The position numbers were made by a program, and so were the translations under genes. A stretch of 63,791 bases of DNA, counting the filler, from Asterionella formosa (taxonomy: Eukaryota), in NCBI GenBank assembly GCA_002256025.1. It is 19 parts of 19 records of this genome, joined end to end, with 100 filler letters (N's around TTAATTAATTAA, not from the genome) between each part and the next. Parts side by side here need not be neighbours in the genome. Positions count along the whole stretch, not along the records: positions 60,046 to 61,870 come from NKIB01001099.1; positions 61,971 to 63,791 come from NKIB01001101.1; 17 more parts are not named here. One strand, 5' to 3'. The stretch's first letter is position 1. Every line of letters starts with the position of its first letter. Below are positions 59,946 through 63,791 of this stretch, piece by piece. The notes beneath the pieces were generated by a model, which worked only from the letters and a program-made list of their open reading frames with translations, did no database searches and was not told where the DNA came from.

Positions 59946-61970
59946 NNNNNNNNNNNNNNNNNNNNNNNNNNNNNNNNNNNNNNNNNNNNTTAATTAATTA
60001 ANNNNNNNNNNNNNNNNNNNNNNNNNNNNNNNNNNNNNNNNNNNNTTCGTCATTAGTTCTTTGTATTATTTTATTATACACGTACTTTATGGTTTGGATC
60101 CCTTTTCCGGTACTCTTCCTTCTTTAGAGGAAGGCAACGCAACGTAATAAAGCAAGAAAAGTAGCGATGATACAGATACCGTACATCAACTAAATCCTTC
60201 AGCCTATTGAAATCAATTGCGGCGATTTGCAGCGACTCCTCAAGCTGTGTCGATGTCTAGCAGCCTACATATTTTTTGGACAGAGCGATTTCGTAGAAAG
60301 CATACAATTCTTCCACGTGAGGGATGGCTTCTCAAAAATTCGTATTTGTATATATGTAGTATTAAGTCTGTTTCTGTAATTAAAATATTAGCATCTAATA
60401 AATTATTCGAAACCAGTTGACGAGATATTTAAACAATATCTTTATGAATATAATATAAAACTGATAGCTAGATTCCTCCAGTAGCAAAAGCAGGAGAACC
60501 ACATTCTGAAATGATTCATGGCTTTCAGGAGATTTCAGGAAACTTAAGGAAAGGCATAAGGAAATGTCAGCAAGCAAATTTCAGGAAATGCTTACAGTTT
60601 TCCTACATCTCCAAAATTGGACTTTTCAGGCCAAAGTGATCAAAACCCCTTATTCCATGATATGGTTTCAAAGCCTTTGGGATCCTTTGAAAAACTACTG
60701 GTAGTTCCTAACTATAATAGTACATATGTAGTCTGTAAATGCTATATGTAGTCTGTAAATGCTTTTTGTACACTGGTACCATCATGGTAGTTACAGAGTA
60801 CTCCAGAGGTTGCTATGAACCTGTACCATCAATTGTGGATTTCATGTTGCAGACGATCGAAAGGGTTCTACCCACCATCAAGATGTTTATGTTGAACTTT
60901 TCATTTCTTCCCAACCGCTGTTGCGGAACGAAAACATGTCCTTTTCTTGACCTCAGAAAGCAACAGAGGATTTTGGGGCAAGTTGGAACTGAATTTCTGT
61001 CTAAAATGATGTATTTTTGTTACTTTTCTAAAATATAACGGCAATTTTTTCGGAATTTATTAGGGTCAAACCATAATTTATATGTTCTAAAACAAAATTT
61101 ATTTCACTTATTAAATAATTATGTATTCAAACCAATAATTATATGTGTTTGCAGCAATATTTTTGGACCAACTAGCCATCACAACAGTATAATGGCAAAA
61201 TTTTGTTGCTTAGTGCTGGCCACATCATGCTGGTCTCCCTACTTTCTATTCAATTATTATTTTTAACCCTTCACATTTTTCTTTGACATCAACTTCTAAA
61301 GAACACCTTTTTGTCACCACTGATCACTCCATCCACCACGACTACACAAATTGCCAGTATTATCAATCAATTCACTGTGTATAAATAACCATTTTCATAT
61401 CTCTTGCTTCAACTTGTCGTGCTATTGTTATAGTCGTCGTCTTAGTCATTTTAGAGCTACAGTAAAATTTTCAAATCTGTTTGTATTGTTTTGAAGTGCA
61501 TGGCAAGAATATAAGCGGAAAATGTGCAATCGGCAAATTCAATTTTCGTTCTCAATATTGGTGCTGTTTCAGTAATTCTTTTACGATTGTATTGTATATG
61601 TCGTGATTGATACATGTACTGAAATGAAATAGGAAAGGCGCGCGTCGTTCTAAATTTTGTAGAGGTTTCCGCTATTTTCTTCATGGTCAAGCCTGAACGA
61701 CATGATGCAGGATGATCCAGCCAATCCCACCAACTACACTGTAGTAGCGTTTTGTTTAAACAAAAGAATCGCATCATCTCAGCTAAGCAATATTATTATT
61801 GGTAACGCTTAAAAGGGATACCTCGGGCACCCTGAACATGAATCCAGCCTTACTTATTTTCCTTATGTATNNNNNNNNNNNNNNNNNNNNNNNNNNNNNN
61901 NNNNNNNNNNNNNNTTAATTAATTAANNNNNNNNNNNNNNNNNNNNNNNNNNNNNNNNNNNNNNNNNNNN

Positions 61971-63791
61971 ACCTTGGATCCCTACAAGATCCACCACCTT
62001 GGATCCCTACAAGATCCACCACCCTAAATCCCTACAAGATTCACTCTTCTTGACCTTTCACACAGTTTGTCACTTAAGTTCTACACAACCTTGGATCCTT
62101 CTACAATCTGTAATCTTCTGGAAATTTCTACTTTTCATTACCTTCCATTTAAGACTCAATCTCTTATATATATCACTACATCATCAAGTGATATACTGAC
62201 TGGTTATCAAGCCCAATTGCGCTTATTTTCTGTGAAATAAAAGCAACCTCTACAAGATTAAAACAATCTCAGTCACTTTCCTTTCTATTACTCAAGGAAA
62301 TCTTCTTTATAGTCCTTTCTCATCATGTCTGGCAATATTCCTGATCCTCTCCCTTATTCCATGACCATCGACAAACCTATTATGGGAGGACTCACCATTT
62401 GTCCAACCGAAATTGTTGCATGGACTGGAGGTCAACCTAACATAGATTGGACTGGATTGACCAACGTCAAAGCAATCAAGCATTCTCCCAACTGCTCTCG
62501 TCCAACTAAGTCCAGTGATCAGTCAAGGAACTGGAACTACCGCACAGCTCCACCTCTCATTCTGTTTAAAAAGGATGGCAAGGACCTAGACCTATACTCC
62601 TATGGTGTTAAGGTTTTGGCACATCTTGAACTCACAGGTATGGACTCCATCATGTATGTCAAGAGTCTCAGTGATGGCACCAATATGGTCAATGTCATCA
62701 AGGACTTTGAGCAGGTCACCCTTTCCCATGTCCTTGACGAATCTGAGTACTACAAGAACAAATTTGATTCATATGACCAGGACAATGACACAACTGCTCG
62801 CTTGTATCTTGAATCCACACTTGATCCCTCACTCCTCAAGGAACTTAACCTTCGTCAGGAACCAGGTGCTGACTCTGCTGCCGTTACCTGGCTGGATGCG
62901 CATCCTTTGTCTGGTTAGCAGTGGATCTGTTGAGCGATTCAACCGAAAGAAAGATGAACTCAAGCAGCTGTCTCCAATTAAGGAACCTGGTGAAAGTGTC
63001 TCACTTTATGCAAACAAGATCCGCAGAATTTGCCGTGAACTTGAAAATGCCCATCAGTTTGAATGGGTGTTAGTGTTGGCAATCATTAAGGCACTCTGTC
63101 AGGTTTCAGTTGAGAGTTTTCGTGCCATTTGGCATCCCAAGCGTCTTGACCTTGACTCTGCTCTCTCAGACTCAGCCTACCTATCCAAAGATTCAGCCAA
63201 AAGGTTCATGGTCAGAAAGGGTTTTCACTACACAGCTATCCTTGATCTTGCTGAAGAAGCCTACCGCTCTCTCTTGGACAATGGTGATTGGTCCCCTGCC
63301 AGCACTGTAAAGGATATGCAGCAGGCCCCTTCCCTGTTTTATGCTGGAATGGACCAAGCATCATTCAATGCCCTTGTTCAAGCAGCCATTACTGCTAAAC
63401 CTTGTGGTGATGTGCCTGTTCCTCCTCCCAAGCCCACAGATCCTAAGAAGCACAACTGGCGTGAAGTAGCACCCAAGCCTGGAGATCCAACTGTCAAAGT
63501 TGTTGGTGATAAAACATTCAATTTCTGTAACAAGTGTCGCAAAGGCCTGGGACTTTGGACCTCAACACACCTTGGATCTACTCATGGAAAACCTCCAAAT
63601 GCGGTTGTTCCTGCTTCTCCTGCTGCCCCCACACCTGCTCCTGCCATTGAAGCACCTGTTATAAGTGCAAACCTTGCTGGTGTCAATGATGGATTTGGAA
63701 TTTGTGCAACTCAATTTTGACTTGGGGGTCGGGGGGGCCCCGATCCACTTTCATTTCTTCTTTGGATACTTTGTCAGAGATTGACCCTTTC
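61971..63791 (+). mobile_element. 5' part of a CoDi-like Ty1/copia element (family C): partial LTR with short tandem repeats (61971-62201), PBS-like 62202-62222 and gag 62325-63720 with one frameshift
   Basis: HLELTGMDSI.Y, FDSYD..ND and C-terminal FCNKC...WTSTH...TH. The frameshift comes from a CTGG duplication near 62890. GGTTATCAAGCCCA follows the putative LTR. Confidence 0.82.

Noticed and set aside
1831..61970. Regularly spaced TTAATTAATTAA repeats with ~1.83-kb spacers as a CRISPR-like or programmed-rearrangement array
   Set aside because: Each copy sits inside exactly 44+44 Ns, so it is an artificial linker. ORFs ending in X...LIN or X...N are artefacts of it.
62880..62918. Programmed frameshift inside gag
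   Set aside because: A 4-nt CTGG duplication (ACCTGGCTGGATG) explains it; removing it restores VTWMRIL.
190..63310. Most 60-110-aa ORFs in the supplied track
   Set aside because: They are shadows of real genes or TEs, or chance ORFs from non-ATG starts with no recognisable motifs.

Overview
This is not one locus. It is 19 contigs of a eukaryotic draft assembly joined by 18 artificial 100-nt spacers (N44-TTAATTAATTAA-N44). Eighteen contigs are about 1.83 kb and one is 29.1 kb (5790-34898), so adjacency across a spacer means nothing. The organism is very probably a diatom: short GT-AG introns, bipartite plastid-targeting presequences, CoDi-like Ty1/copia elements and an Lsi2-like transporter. 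Host genes are a TLC-domain protein, an Lsi2/ArsB-family transporter, serine palmitoyltransferase LCB2, plastid ClpS, a cyclophilin, an SLC25 carrier, CDC20, GINS Sld5, a 2OG-Fe(II) oxygenase, a kinase-ARM protein, and fragments of LRR, SET, GH10, CBM1-like and Pro/Thr-rich proteins. Much of the rest is mostly decayed transposable elements: copia, gypsy, LINE, plant-type mariner, pogo-like, PIF/Harbinger, Crypton and MITEs. The best novelty candidate is a plant-type (DD39D-like) mariner with Stowaway-like TIRs (12431-19929) that carries a second, convergent gene with a CxxHxxC and HIRAN-like motif; an independent copy has the same gene at the same place (48494-49208). Other candidates are a conserved antisense ORF inside a gypsy LTR, a tRNA-Gln-derived SINE-like element, a copia gag UGA-C plus hairpin readthrough signal, and a copia insertion with an apparent 6-bp TSD. 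All calls come from reading the sequence by eye; no searches were run.
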